From: Chloroflexota bacterium
GTDB lineage: Bacteria; Chloroflexota; Limnocylindria; Limnocylindrales; CSP1-4
Assembly: GCA_027457005.1 (NCBI GenBank)
Contig: DAIDTV010000001.1
Coordinates: 272-25,311, forward strand
Reading direction: 5' to 3'
DNA: 25,040 nt
Below, one piece after another: positions 15,574 to 24,990 of this stretch. Below the pieces are notes generated by a model. The model was not told the origin of the DNA. It saw only the letters and a list, made by a program, of their open reading frames with translations, and made no database searches. Made by a program: the position numbers and the translations under genes. Every line of letters starts with the position of its first letter. Position 1 is the first letter of the stretch.

Positions 15574-16743
15574 CCAGCGCGGAGCGGCGCCCACGGGCAG
15601 CTCGAAGGTGATCTGCGTTCCGCCGGCTGCCGGGTTGGCCGCGGCGATGCGGCCGCCGTGCGCCTCGACGAGCTGACGCGCGATCGCCAGGCCAAGCCCC
15701 GAGCCGCGTGATTCGGCCGACTTCGCGAAGCGCTCGAAGACGTGTGGCAGGAGCCCCGCCGGGATGCCGGGGCCGGCGTCCTCGACGCTGAACCCAAGGG
15801 CGCGTCCGTCGTCGCTCGCCCGGAGCGCGAGCGTCACGCTGGTGTCCGGCGGCGCGTATCGCAGGGCGTTCGCCACCAGGTTCGAGAGCACCTCGCGGAC
15901 ACGCACCGGGTCGACGTCGATGAGGGGCGGATCATCTGCGACATTCACCACGATCGACACTCCGGCTGCCTCGGCCGCCGCCTGGAACGAGCGGGCGACC
16001 TCCTCGACCAGGACCGCCGGGTCCGTGGTCTCGCGGTGCAGCACCAGGGTACGTGCCTCGGCCAGCGCCAGCGTGCGCAGGTCCTCGACGAGGCGGGCCA
16101 GGACCTGCGTCTCCTCCAGCGCCGCCGCGAGGTGGGTCTCGTCGGCGGCGTGGATCCCGTCGAGCATCGCCTCGAGCTCACCCTGGACCACGGTGAGCGG
16201 GGTCCGCAGTTCGTGGCTGATGTCGGCCAGCAGGGTGCGCCGCTGGTGCTCGTCGGTCGCGAGGCGCGCGGCCATCCCGTTGAACGCGTGGACGAGCGCC
16301 CGCACCGGCGGCGGCCCCCACGGACGCTCCGGCACGCGCACGTCATAGTCGCCCGACTCGACCCGCCCGGCGGCCTCGATGAGATCGCCGAACGGGACCG
16401 CGAAACGCCGCACCGACCGGCCGGCGAATGCGGACCCGACGAGGACGGCCAGGGCCAGCACGACCAGGAGGGCCACCCCGCCGGCGCCACGGGCCGAGAG
16501 GCCGAGGGCGGTCGCCAGGTGCCAGGCGAGGACGAGGAGACCGGCGATCCCGACCAGCAGCACGACCGAGGCGAGGCAGCCCGTCCGCCACAGGAATCCC
16601 CGGCGCATGCCCGGCCAGACGCTGCCGTCGGCCGGAGGCCAGGGTTCCTGCTCGGGCCACCATGGCGGACGCCCGCGCGGCGGGGACCCCGCGTGCCGCG
16701 CCCGCCTCCCGCCCGGCTGTCCCGGCGAGCCCGGCCCGGTCAC
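15574..16743 (-). CDS. HAMP-domain sensor histidine kinase (BaeS-like); no stop codon, continues in frame into the VOC gene (ORF ends at 14656)
   Basis: GTG 16743 overlaps the response-regulator TGA (GTGA). Two TM helices, HAMP, H-box LADISHELRTPL, N-box LSNLVANALRY, G1 VEDAGPGI, F-box VFERF and G2 GSGLGLAIA. The end coordinate given is the TGG codon where a stop would be expected. Confidence 0.92.
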
Positions 16744-17426
16744 GCGGCGTCGTCGGCGAGGCGGTAGCCCACGCCGTAGACCGTCAGGACGTAGCGTGGC
16801 CGGCGCGGCTCCGGCTCGAGTTTGCGGCGCAGGTTCTTGATGTGCGTGTCGATCGCCCGCTCGTACGACTCGAAGGCGACCCCATGCAGCGCGTCGAGGA
16901 GTTGGGCCCGGGTGAAGATGCGTCCGGGCTGTCGTGCCAGCGTCGCGAGCAGCTCGAACTCGGTCGCGGTGAGGTCCACCGCCCGACCCCCGACCTCCGC
17001 CCGCATGCGCGGGACGTCGAGGGTCACGTCGCCGGCGCGGATGACCTCGGCGGGCTGATCGGATCGCTCGGAGCGTCGCAGGACGGCCCGCACCCGGGCG
17101 ACCAGCTCGCGCGGGCTGAACGGCTTGGTCACGTAGTCGTCCGCGCCGAGCTCGAGGCCGAGCACGCGGTCGAACTCGTCGTCGCGCGCGGTGAGTATCA
17201 CGATCGGCACGTTCGACTCGCGCCGCAGCGCCCGGGCCACGTCGAGCCCGTCGAGCTCCGGCAACCCCAGGTCGAGGACGATCAGGTCGGGCCGCCTCGT
17301 GCGTGCCACGGCGAGCGCGGACCGTCCGTCGGACGCGATGAGCACGGCGAAGCCGGCATGCTCGAGGTAGTCCCGGGCGAGCTGAACGATCTTCGGCTCG
17401 TCCTCGACCAGGAGGATGGACTTCAT
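16740..17426 (-). CDS. OmpR/PhoB-family response regulator
   Basis: MKSILLVEDE, PDLIVLDLGLPELDG, LTARDDE, ADDYVTKPFSPRELVAR, and wHTH ERAIDTHIKNLRRKLE...TVYGVGY. ATG 17426 lies 8 nt after TAGGAT. Confidence 0.96.
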   Translation of the reverse strand: MKSILLVEDEPKIVQLARDYLEHAGFAVLIASDGRSALAVARTRRPDLIVLDLGLPELDGLDVARALRRESNVPIVILTARDDEFDRVLGLELGADDYVTKPFSPRELVARVRAVLRRSERSDQPAEVIRAGDVTLDVPRMRAEVGGRAVDLTATEFELLATLARQPGRIFTRAQLLDALHGVAFESYERAIDTHIKNLRRKLEPEPRRPRYVLTVYGVGYRLADDAA

Positions 17427-17460
17427 GGGGATCCATCCTACCCGCGGGCCCTTCTGCTGC

Positions 17461-17868
17461 TCAGCGACCCTCACCGCTCTGCCGGTCGCCGGGCCCCGCC
17501 GGGGAACCGGGGTCCTCGTGGGCACGCCGGTGCCACTCCGCCAGGCGCGTACCCGGTCCATCCATCCAGCGCTCGTCGGACCAGGCGTCGTGATGCCACG
17601 GACCGCGGCCCCAGAAGGCTGCGCGCAGGAGCAGCGCGATGAAGAGGATGAACAGGACCGGGAAGATGGGCCAGATGAAGAACCAGGGAACGCCCCAACC
17701 GCCCGCGAACCCGTAGCCCCAGGCGTGGGGCACGATCGCGGACGTGCCCGCGCCGGCCGTGGCGATGCCGGCCGAGACGCCGACGTGGTAGGCGCCGACG
17801 ACGAGCGCGATGGCAGCGATGAGCACGAGGAGGAGCACGAGGATGCGCCCCCCGGACGACCTGATCAC
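17461..17868 (-). CDS. Small two-TM membrane protein (135 aa) upstream of the two-component genes
   Basis: SD AGGAG before GTG 17868; two hydrophobic segments; Trp/His-rich tail (GPWHHDAW...RLAEWHRRAHE). It is the last 135 aa of track ORF 17461..21585. Confidence 0.8.
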   Translation of the reverse strand: MIRSSGGRILVLLLVLIAAIALVVGAYHVGVSAGIATAGAGTSAIVPHAWGYGFAGGWGVPWFFIWPIFPVLFILFIALLLRAAFWGRGPWHHDAWSDERWMDGPGTRLAEWHRRAHEDPGSPAGPGDRQSGEGR

Positions 17869-18023
17869 GGTAGTCTCCTGTGGGTGTGGCTGTCGCAAAG
17901 GTGCGATGCCATCACGATGGCGACCGCGTGTGTCGCAACTGTGAACTGCGTGCGGCAGGATCGTGGCCGTGATCGGCGGCCGTTCCCGGCCGGCGGCGCT
18001 CGTGCCGGCGGGACGACGGACCC

Positions 18024-19751
18024 TCACCCGCCCGGGGAAGTCGGCGCCCCGGCCGGGACGACGGCGCCCCCCTGCTCGTCCGTGGCAGGTCGGCCACCCC
18101 GCAGCCACGACGCGGCCCCGGCGACGAGCGCCATGCCGGCCGCCGCGCCGAAGACGACGGTGAGACCGTGCTGGAAGGGGCCCGAGATCAGCGCGGGGAA
18201 GAACGTCTTCCCGGTCAGGATCGCCGCCTGCGCCGCCGGCAGTCCGTGCAGGACCTGGGCCGGCAGCAGGGTCGCCACGGGGTTGTAGCCCAGCAGGGCG
18301 CCGAACAGGCTCGCGGTGGGCGGCAGCGCGGCGATCTGGCGGGCGACGCTCGCCGGGACGTCGTGCGCGACCAGCCCGCCGAAGAGCGTGACGGGTAGCG
18401 TGGCAGACAGGCCGGCGATCATCAGCGAGAAGAAGACCCCGATCGACAGCACGGTGGCCGAGTTCTGGAACGTGGCGCGCATCCCCGCCGCGACGCCGCG
18501 CTGGTGCGCCGGCACGCTGTTCATGATCGCCGCGTTGTTGGGCGAGTTGAACATGCCGTTGCCGATCCCGATCCCGATCAGCGCAAGGGCGAACAGCGGG
18601 TAGGGGAAGTCCACGGGCAGGCGCGTCAGGGCCAGGAACGCGGCGGCCGCCACGACCATGCCGCCGGTGGCGAACGGCCGGGCGCCGAACCGGTCCGAGA
18701 GGAATCCCGAGAGCGGGCCGGAGATGAGGAACCCGCATGTCAGCGGGAGCATGTAGATGCCCGCCCAGAGCGGGGTGTCCGCGAACGAGTAGCCGTGCAG
18801 CGGCAGCCAGATGCCCTGCAGCCAGATCACCAGCATGAAGTTCAGCCCGCCTCGCCCGATGGCCGCCAGCAGCGTGGCGAGGTTCCCCGCCGCGAAGGCG
18901 CGGATCCTGAAGAGGTCGAGGCGCAGGAGCGGCGCGGCGACCCGGCGCTCGAACAGCAGGAACGCCACGAGCAGCAGGCACCCGCCTCCGATGAGCGCGA
19001 TGACGAACGGGTTGGTCCAGCCCATCGACTGCGTGCCGTACGGCTGGATGCCGTAGGTGACCCCGACGAGGAGCGCCGTGAGGCCGATCGCGAACGTCAG
19101 GTTGCCCCGCCAGTCGATCGGCGCCCGACTCGTGGAGCTCAGCTCCTCCAGCCGCAGGTACGCCCAGATCGTCCCGACGACCCCCACGGGGACGCTGACG
19201 AAGAAGACCAGCCGCCAGTTGATCGCGGCCAGGATCCCCCCGACGACGAGCCCGATGAACTGGCCGGCGATCGCGGCGACGCCGTTGATGCCCAGGGCCA
19301 GGCCTCGCTGCCCGGGCGGGAACGCGTCGGTCAGGATGGCCTGCGAGTTGGCGAACAGGAAGGCACCGCCGACCCCCTGGACGAGGCGCATGCCGATGAG
19401 CCAGAGCGCACCCGCGGGACCGCGGAAGGGTGTCGCCGCCAGCATCACGGAGCCGACCGTGAAGATCACGAACCCCGCGTTGTACATGCGGACCCGCCCG
19501 AACATGTCCCCGAGGCGTCCGAAGGCCACCACCAGCACCGCGGTCACGAGCAGGTAGCCCATCAGGATCCACAGCAGGTAGCTGACGTTGCCCGGATCGA
19601 GCGGGTCCAGGTGGATGCCGTCGAAGATCGCGGGAAGCGAGATGATCACGATCGAGCCGTCGATCGCCGACATCAGGACGCCCAGGGTCGTGTTGGAGAG
19701 CGCGACCCACTTGTAGTTCGGATCGTGGCGGCGCACGGGACGGTCCGTCAT
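18024..19751 (-). CDS. 14-TMS MFS transporter (DHA2/EmrB-like), paralog 2
   Basis: [15 protein letters not shown], motif [46 protein letters not shown] and [14 protein letters not shown]. Confidence 0.95.
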   Translation of the reverse strand: MTDRPVRRHDPNYKWVALSNTTLGVLMSAIDGSIVIISLPAIFDGIHLDPLDPGNVSYLLWILMGYLLVTAVLVVAFGRLGDMFGRVRMYNAGFVIFTVGSVMLAATPFRGPAGALWLIGMRLVQGVGGAFLFANSQAILTDAFPPGQRGLALGINGVAAIAGQFIGLVVGGILAAINWRLVFFVSVPVGVVGTIWAYLRLEELSSTSRAPIDWRGNLTFAIGLTALLVGVTYGIQPYGTQSMGWTNPFVIALIGGGCLLLVAFLLFERRVAAPLLRLDLFRIRAFAAGNLATLLAAIGRGGLNFMLVIWLQGIWLPLHGYSFADTPLWAGIYMLPLTCGFLISGPLSGFLSDRFGARPFATGGMVVAAAAFLALTRLPVDFPYPLFALALIGIGIGNGMFNSPNNAAIMNSVPAHQRGVAAGMRATFQNSATVLSIGVFFSLMIAGLSATLPVTLFGGLVAHDVPASVARQIAALPPTASLFGALLGYNPVATLLPAQVLHGLPAAQAAILTGKTFFPALISGPFQHGLTVVFGAAAGMALVAGAASWLRGGRPATDEQGGAVVPAGAPTSPGG

Positions 19752-19763
19752 CGAGCCTTCCCG

Positions 19764-21548
19764 TCAGTCGTCGTCGCGCACCGGCTCGAGCGCCAGGCTG
19801 GCGTGTGCCGGGAGGACCCCGGGCGCGCCGCTCGCCAGCAGGTCCGCCTCGAGCTGCTCGGCCTCCAGCTCGTCGTGCACGTAGCGTCCGCCCCGCAGCC
19901 AGGAGGCGGCGGCCGCCACCAGGAAGATGACGATCGAGAAGATCGAAACCACGACCACCCCATCGTGGAAGGGACCGGCGATGAGCGAGGGGAAGAAGCT
20001 CGTGCTCACGAGGCGCCCGGAGTCCGCGGCGGGAAGCGCGGAGAGCACCTTCGGGCCGAGCAGGGTCTGGAGCGGGTTGTAGCCCAGGAACGCGGCGAAC
20101 AGGTAGCCCACGGCCGGAAGATGGGACAGCGTGGTGGCCAGGCCGGAGGCGACGTGGTTGGCGGTGAGGCCGCGGTACATGGCCCCCGGCACGTTCGCCG
20201 AGAGCCCCCCGATCATCAGCGTGAAGAAGACACCGATCGAGAGCGGCATGCCGGTGTTCTGGAACGTGGCGCGCATCCCCGATGCGGCCCCGCGATACCC
20301 CGGCGGCACGCTGTTCATGATGGCCGCGGTGTTGGGCGAGGCGAACATCCCGAACGCGACGCCGTTCAGCAGGATCACGGCGGCAAAGGCCGGGTAGGTG
20401 AAGTTCGCCGGCAGGATCATCAGGAGCGCGAACGAGAGCGCGGCCAGGAGCATGCCTCCGGTCGCGAACGGCCGCGCGCCGTGGCGATCCGAGAGCCAGC
20501 CGGAGACCGGTCCCGCGATCACGAAGCCCACCGTGAGCGGCAGCATGTAGATGCCCGCCCAGAGCGGCGTCTGCTCGAACGTGTAGCCGTGCAGCGGGAG
20601 CCAGATCCCCTGCAGCCACATGATCAGCAGGAACTGCAGGCCGCCCAGCCCGATGGCACTCAGGAGGCCGGCGAGGTTGCCGGCGCTGAAGGCCCGGATG
20701 CGGAAGAGCTCGAGGTTGAACAGGGGTGCCGTGACCCGCCGCTCGATGGCGACGAACGCGACGAGGAGCACCACACCGCCCGCGATCGACCAGGCCACGA
20801 ACGGGTTGCCCCAGCCCATCGCGGCGTTCCCGTAGGGCGCGATGCCATAGGTGATGCCGATCAGCAGGAGACCCAGCCCGGCCGCGAAGGTGGCGTTGCC
20901 GGCCCAGTCGATGTGCGCCGGATGGCGCTCGCCGAGCTCGCGCAGGGCCACGTACGCCCAGATCGTCCCGACGATGCCCACCGGCACGTTGAGCAGGAAC
21001 ACCCAACGCCAGTCGACCGAGGCGAGCACGCCGCCGAGGATGAGCCCGACGAAGGATCCGGCCTGGAAGGCGATCTGGTTGACGCCGAGCGCCATGCCGC
21101 GCTCGTTGGAGGGGAACGCGTCGGTCAGGATGGCCGCCGAGTTGGCCATCAGGAGGGCGCCGCCGACCGCCTGGACCATGCGCATCACGATGATCTCGAC
21201 GGCACCGGTCGCACCCGTGCTCCACGTCGCCGCGAGCCCGATCGAGCCCAGGGTGAAGATCACGAAGCCGAGGTTGTACATGCGCACCCGGCCGAACATG
21301 TCGCCCACCCGGCCGAGGGTGACCACCACCACCGCGGTGACCAGCATGTAGCCCATCAGGACCCACAGCAGGTAGCTGAAGTTGGCGGGATCGAGTGGGT
21401 CGAGCCCGATGCCCCGGAAGATCGCGGGGAGCGCGATGATGAGGCTCGTCGCGTTGATGGCGGCCATCAAGCCGCCCAGCGTGGTGTTCGACAGGGCGAC
21501 CCATTTGTACGGGAGGTGGGACAGGCCCCCGCGGTGCGGCGTGGTCAT
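19764..21548 (-). CDS. 14-TMS MFS transporter (DHA2/EmrB-like), paralog 1
   Basis: Same motifs as the neighbour ([43 protein letters not shown]); ATGA overlap with the MarR stop. Confidence 0.95.
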   Translation of the reverse strand: MTTPHRGGLSHLPYKWVALSNTTLGGLMAAINATSLIIALPAIFRGIGLDPLDPANFSYLLWVLMGYMLVTAVVVVTLGRVGDMFGRVRMYNLGFVIFTLGSIGLAATWSTGATGAVEIIVMRMVQAVGGALLMANSAAILTDAFPSNERGMALGVNQIAFQAGSFVGLILGGVLASVDWRWVFLLNVPVGIVGTIWAYVALRELGERHPAHIDWAGNATFAAGLGLLLIGITYGIAPYGNAAMGWGNPFVAWSIAGGVVLLVAFVAIERRVTAPLFNLELFRIRAFSAGNLAGLLSAIGLGGLQFLLIMWLQGIWLPLHGYTFEQTPLWAGIYMLPLTVGFVIAGPVSGWLSDRHGARPFATGGMLLAALSFALLMILPANFTYPAFAAVILLNGVAFGMFASPNTAAIMNSVPPGYRGAASGMRATFQNTGMPLSIGVFFTLMIGGLSANVPGAMYRGLTANHVASGLATTLSHLPAVGYLFAAFLGYNPLQTLLGPKVLSALPAADSGRLVSTSFFPSLIAGPFHDGVVVVSIFSIVIFLVAAAASWLRGGRYVHDELEAEQLEADLLASGAPGVLPAHASLALEPVRDDD

Positions 21549-22084
21549 CGCGCCACCGCCGCGGCCGAGCCCGCCGGTCGGCCACCGCCGACGGCCGCGT
21601 GGGGCTGCGGGTCGGAGCGCTGTTCCTGCGTCTCGTCGGGCGCCGCGCCCTGCGCGGGCTCCGGCTCCAGCAGCCGCTCCAGGAGCGTCGCCAGCTGGAG
21701 ACGCTCGCCCGGCGTCAGGCGTTCGACGCGTCGCACGAGGCCGCTCGACTCGAAGAGCGCCCGGTCACCGAGCGCCTCGTGCGCCCGATCCGTGAGATGC
21801 AGCGTGGTGACGCGCCGGTCGGCCGGATCGGCACCGCGGTCGACGAGCCCCGCCGTCTCGAGGCGGTCGACCAGGTTGGTGGCGCTGGAGGGCTTGAGGG
21901 CGAGCGCCGCGCCCAGGCGGCTGATGGGGACGTCGCCGAGGTCGCGCAGGCGGCGCAGCGCGTGGAGATCTCCCAGCGCCACGCCGTACGTGCGGGCCAG
22001 TTCGCGTTGCAGGGGCTCCGCCGCCGCCACCGCCCGGAGGTACGCTCGCAGGACCCGCCGCGTGTCAGGATACCATTCGGACAC
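21545..22084 (-). CDS. MarR-family transcriptional regulator; start GTG 22084 (alternatives ATG 22096 or 22102)
   Basis: wHTH ISRLGAALALKPSSATNLVDRLETAGLVDRGADPADRRVTTLHLT (DxR wing motif). GGAG lies 6 nt before GTG 22084. Confidence 0.9.
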   Translation of the reverse strand: MSEWYPDTRRVLRAYLRAVAAAEPLQRELARTYGVALGDLHALRRLRDLGDVPISRLGAALALKPSSATNLVDRLETAGLVDRGADPADRRVTTLHLTDRAHEALGDRALFESSGLVRRVERLTPGERLQLATLLERLLEPEPAQGAAPDETQEQRSDPQPHAAVGGGRPAGSAAAVAR

Positions 22085-22103
22085 CGAACACTCCATGTTC
22101 ATG

Positions 22104-22127
22104 TATAGTCTCAGAGACGGGAGTATA
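22104..22127. promoter_or_regulatory. Overlapping face-to-face -10 elements within an imperfect inverted repeat (candidate MarR operator)
   Basis: Plus strand TATAGT 22104-22109; minus strand TATACT 22127-22122; internal palindrome GTCTC-A-GAGAC 22108-22118. Confidence 0.65.
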
Positions 22128-22131
22128 GCGC

Positions 22132-22806
22132 ATGCCAGTGATCACCATCGCGCGGCAGTACGGGGCGGGCGGCTCGACCGTGGCCCGGATCGTGGCCGGG
22201 CGGCTCGGTGCGGATCTCGTGGACAAGGATCTGATCGCCGAGGTCGCCCGCCGCGCCGAGCTTGCTCCGTCGGTGGTGGAGGCCGAGGACGAGCAGCCAT
22301 CCAGGCTCCTCGCGCGGCTCGTCGCGGCCTTCGGCCCGGTCGCCGCCGAGGCCGGCATGGTCTGGCAGGCTCCGTATCCGGATCCGGCGTACGACCCGCG
22401 CCCCGCCATCCTCGAGCTCACCAGGAAGGTGATCACCGAGGTCGCCCGCGGGGGGAACGCGGTGATCGTCGGGCGCGGCGCGTCGGCCGTGCTGCGGGAC
22501 CGCCGGGACGCGCTGCATGTCTTTCTCTACGCGGCCGACTCGATCCGGCTGGCCACCGTCATGGCGCGGGAGACGCTTTCGGAGTCGGGCGCGCGTCGGC
22601 GGATGCACGAGATGGACGCCAAGCGGGCGGCCTACCTGCGCCAGGTCTGCGGGCTGGACTGGCGCGATCCGCTCGCCTACACGCTGCAGTGCAACACCGG
22701 GGTGCTGGGCTACGCACGCACGGCCGAGCTGATCCTTGACGCGGCGGGCAGGCTGGCCGGGGCGCCCCTGATTGGTGCCGCGCCCTCGCTGGACGCTTCG
22801 CCCTGA
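22132..22806 (+). CDS. Cytidylate kinase-like family protein (Cytidylate_kin2 type)
   Basis: VITIARQYGAGGSTVAR P-loop-like start, NAVIVGRGA, LHVFLYA and Y..Q...LDWRDPLAYTL..NT. Confidence 0.85.
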   Translation: MPVITIARQYGAGGSTVARIVAGRLGADLVDKDLIAEVARRAELAPSVVEAEDEQPSRLLARLVAAFGPVAAEAGMVWQAPYPDPAYDPRPAILELTRKVITEVARGGNAVIVGRGASAVLRDRRDALHVFLYAADSIRLATVMARETLSESGARRRMHEMDAKRAAYLRQVCGLDWRDPLAYTLQCNTGVLGYARTAELILDAAGRLAGAPLIGAAPSLDASP

Positions 22807-22835
22807 GCTGGGCTGACCTGTACAGGAGACCGCGC

Positions 22836-23864
22836 ATGAAGGTCCTGTTCGTCGGTGGCACCGGCCTGATCAGCAGCGCCTGCGCCCGCCTGGCCGTGGA
22901 GCGTGGCCTGGATCTATTCCTCCTCAACCGCGGCGGCGATCCGGACCGCGCGCGCGGCGCGACGCCGCTCGTCGTCGACGTGCGCGACGAGGCGGCCACC
23001 GGGCGAGTGCTGGGAGACCACCGGTTCGACGCGGTGGTGGACTGGATCGCGTTCAACCCGGGGGACATCGAGCGCGACCTGCGGCTCTTCCGAGACCGCG
23101 CCGACCAGTTCGTCTTCATCAGCTCCGCGAGCGCCTACCAGAAGCCACTCGGCGACTGGCTCCTGCGCGAAGACTCGCCGCTCGCGAACCCGTTCTGGGA
23201 CTACTCGCGCAACAAGATCGCGTGCGAGGAGCGGCTGCTGCGTGCGTACCGCGAGGACGGGTTCCCGGTCACCATCGTCCGTCCCTCGCTGACCTACGGC
23301 GACACGCAGGTACCCCTGGCGGTGAACAGCTGGGACAAGCCGTTCACGGCGATCGCGCGGATGCGCCAGGGAAGGCCGCTCATCGTGCCCGGCGACGGCA
23401 CGTCCCTGTGGACGATCACCCACAACAGCGACTTCGCCCGGGCCTTCGTGGGCCTGCTGGGTCGTCGGCAGGCGATCGGTCATGCGTTCAACATCATGTC
23501 GGACGAGGTCCTGACCTGGGACGAGATCTACCGGCAGGTCGCGGCGGCCGCGGGCGTGGAGGCGCGCATCGTCCACGTCGCGTCCGACTTCATCGCGGCC
23601 TGCCTGCCGGAGATGCGCGGCACGCTGCTGGGCGACAAGTCCGTCAGCGCCGTCTTCGACACCACGAAGATCAGGCGCTTCGTGCCCGACTTCCGCGCCA
23701 CGACGCCGTTCGCGGAGGGGATCCGGCGGACCGTGGCCTGGTTCGACGCGGACCCCGCCCGGCAACAGGTGGACGAGGCGATGAACACCCGATGGGACCG
23801 CCTGGTCGCCGCCTACGAGCAGGGCCTGGCGAACGCCGTCAGGGTGGTCGGGGAACGGACCTGA
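22836..23864 (+). CDS. NAD-dependent epimerase/dehydratase (extended SDR) family protein
   Basis: MKVLFVGGTGLISS Rossmann motif, FISSASAY, YxxxK (YSRNK) and IVRPSLTYG. SD AGGAG upstream of ATG 22836. Confidence 0.92.
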   Translation: MKVLFVGGTGLISSACARLAVERGLDLFLLNRGGDPDRARGATPLVVDVRDEAATGRVLGDHRFDAVVDWIAFNPGDIERDLRLFRDRADQFVFISSASAYQKPLGDWLLREDSPLANPFWDYSRNKIACEERLLRAYREDGFPVTIVRPSLTYGDTQVPLAVNSWDKPFTAIARMRQGRPLIVPGDGTSLWTITHNSDFARAFVGLLGRRQAIGHAFNIMSDEVLTWDEIYRQVAAAAGVEARIVHVASDFIAACLPEMRGTLLGDKSVSAVFDTTKIRRFVPDFRATTPFAEGIRRTVAWFDADPARQQVDEAMNTRWDRLVAAYEQGLANAVRVVGERT

Positions 23865-23877
23865 ACCGCCGGACGCC

Positions 23878-24990
23878 TCAGTCCAGCACGCCTCGCCGGG
23901 CCCCCGGTGCGGCGCCCGGCGATACCGGCACCGGGACGAGGGACTCCGTTCCGGCCGGGGGTTGCCCGGCCGCGACGGCCACGTCGCGCGTGCCGGCCGG
24001 TGCGGGCCCGCGGCGCAGCTGGATTGCGGCGATGGCCAGGATGGTGAGCGCCCCGAACACGAGCAGGCCCACCTGGATACCCCATCCGCCGGCGATCGAT
24101 CCCAGCAGGAACGCCCCGATCGGCGTCGTCCCTCCCATCAGCAGCACGTAGATGCTCATGATCCGGCCGCGCAGCGCGTCCGGGGTGCGGATCTGCAGGA
24201 GCGTGTTGGCGGTGACCGATGCCACGACACCCGCGAACCCGGCGGCGACCATGATCACGAGGCTGGCGCCGTACCAGGACGAGACGCCGAGGAGCACGAG
24301 CAGGAACCCCATCGCGAGACCGCCCATCGCCAGGCGGCGCTCGCTGGGCCGCCGGTTTCGGGCCAGGACCACACCGGCGACCAGGGACCCGGCACCCAGC
24401 GCCGACATGAGCGTTCCGAAGCCGGTGACCCCGCCGTGCAGCGTCACGGCCAGCAGTGGCAGCGCCACCTGCCAGTTGAAGCCGAGCAGCCCGACGACCC
24501 CGAAGAGCGCCACCACCGGCCGCACGGACGGCGCGCTCACCGCGTAGCGCAGGCCCTCGGTCAGCTCCCTCACCAGCCGGACGTCCGGCCGGCGCTGCCG
24601 GACCGTCACGTGCCGGGGCCGGATCAGGGCCAGGACCACGATCGCGGGCAGGTAGCTGGCCGCGTTCAGGAAGAGCGCCCCCGCGATCCCCCACCAGGCG
24701 ACCGCGATTCCTCCCACGGCGCCCCCGACCATCCGCGCGAGGTTGAACTGGATGCTGTTGGTGGCCACCGCGTCGGCGACCAGTTCCGGGCCCACGAGTT
24801 CCGGCACGAACGCCTGGGCGGCCGGGTTGTTGAACGCGTTGGTGAGGCCCAGCAGGAGCGCCAGCACGGCCACTTCCCAGAGCTGCACCGTGCCGGTCGC
24901 CACGAGCGCGCCGAGAAGCAGGGCCTGGATCATGGCCGCGCTCTGGGTCGCGATCAGCATCCGGCGGCGCGGCAGGCGGTCGCCCAGAGC
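23878..24990 (-). pseudogene. MFS transporter (MFS_3/DHA3-like) whose 5' part is inverted; intact from DRLPRRR to the stop
   Basis: DRLPRRRMLIATQS, NNPAAQAFVPELV, NSIQFNLARMVG and RGRIMSIY. Upstream of 24990 the minus frame is not MFS-like, while the plus strand encodes the missing TM1-TM2 loop QAVAQSWLVLELTHSAVMLGTVT. Confidence 0.75.

Noticed and set aside
16744-17436. N-terminal 231 aa of the 926-aa track ORF
   Set aside because: Off-frame overlap with the response regulator; the kinase starts at the GTGA overlap (16743).
17461-21585. 1374-aa minus-strand ORF
   Set aside because: Alternative-frame shadow of the two MFS genes with Arg/Pro/Gly-rich composition; only the last 135 aa, with their own SD and GTG, look real.
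18504-22739. 1411-aa plus-strand ORF
   Set aside because: Antisense shadow of the MFS and MarR genes; long stop-free antisense frames are expected at this GC content.
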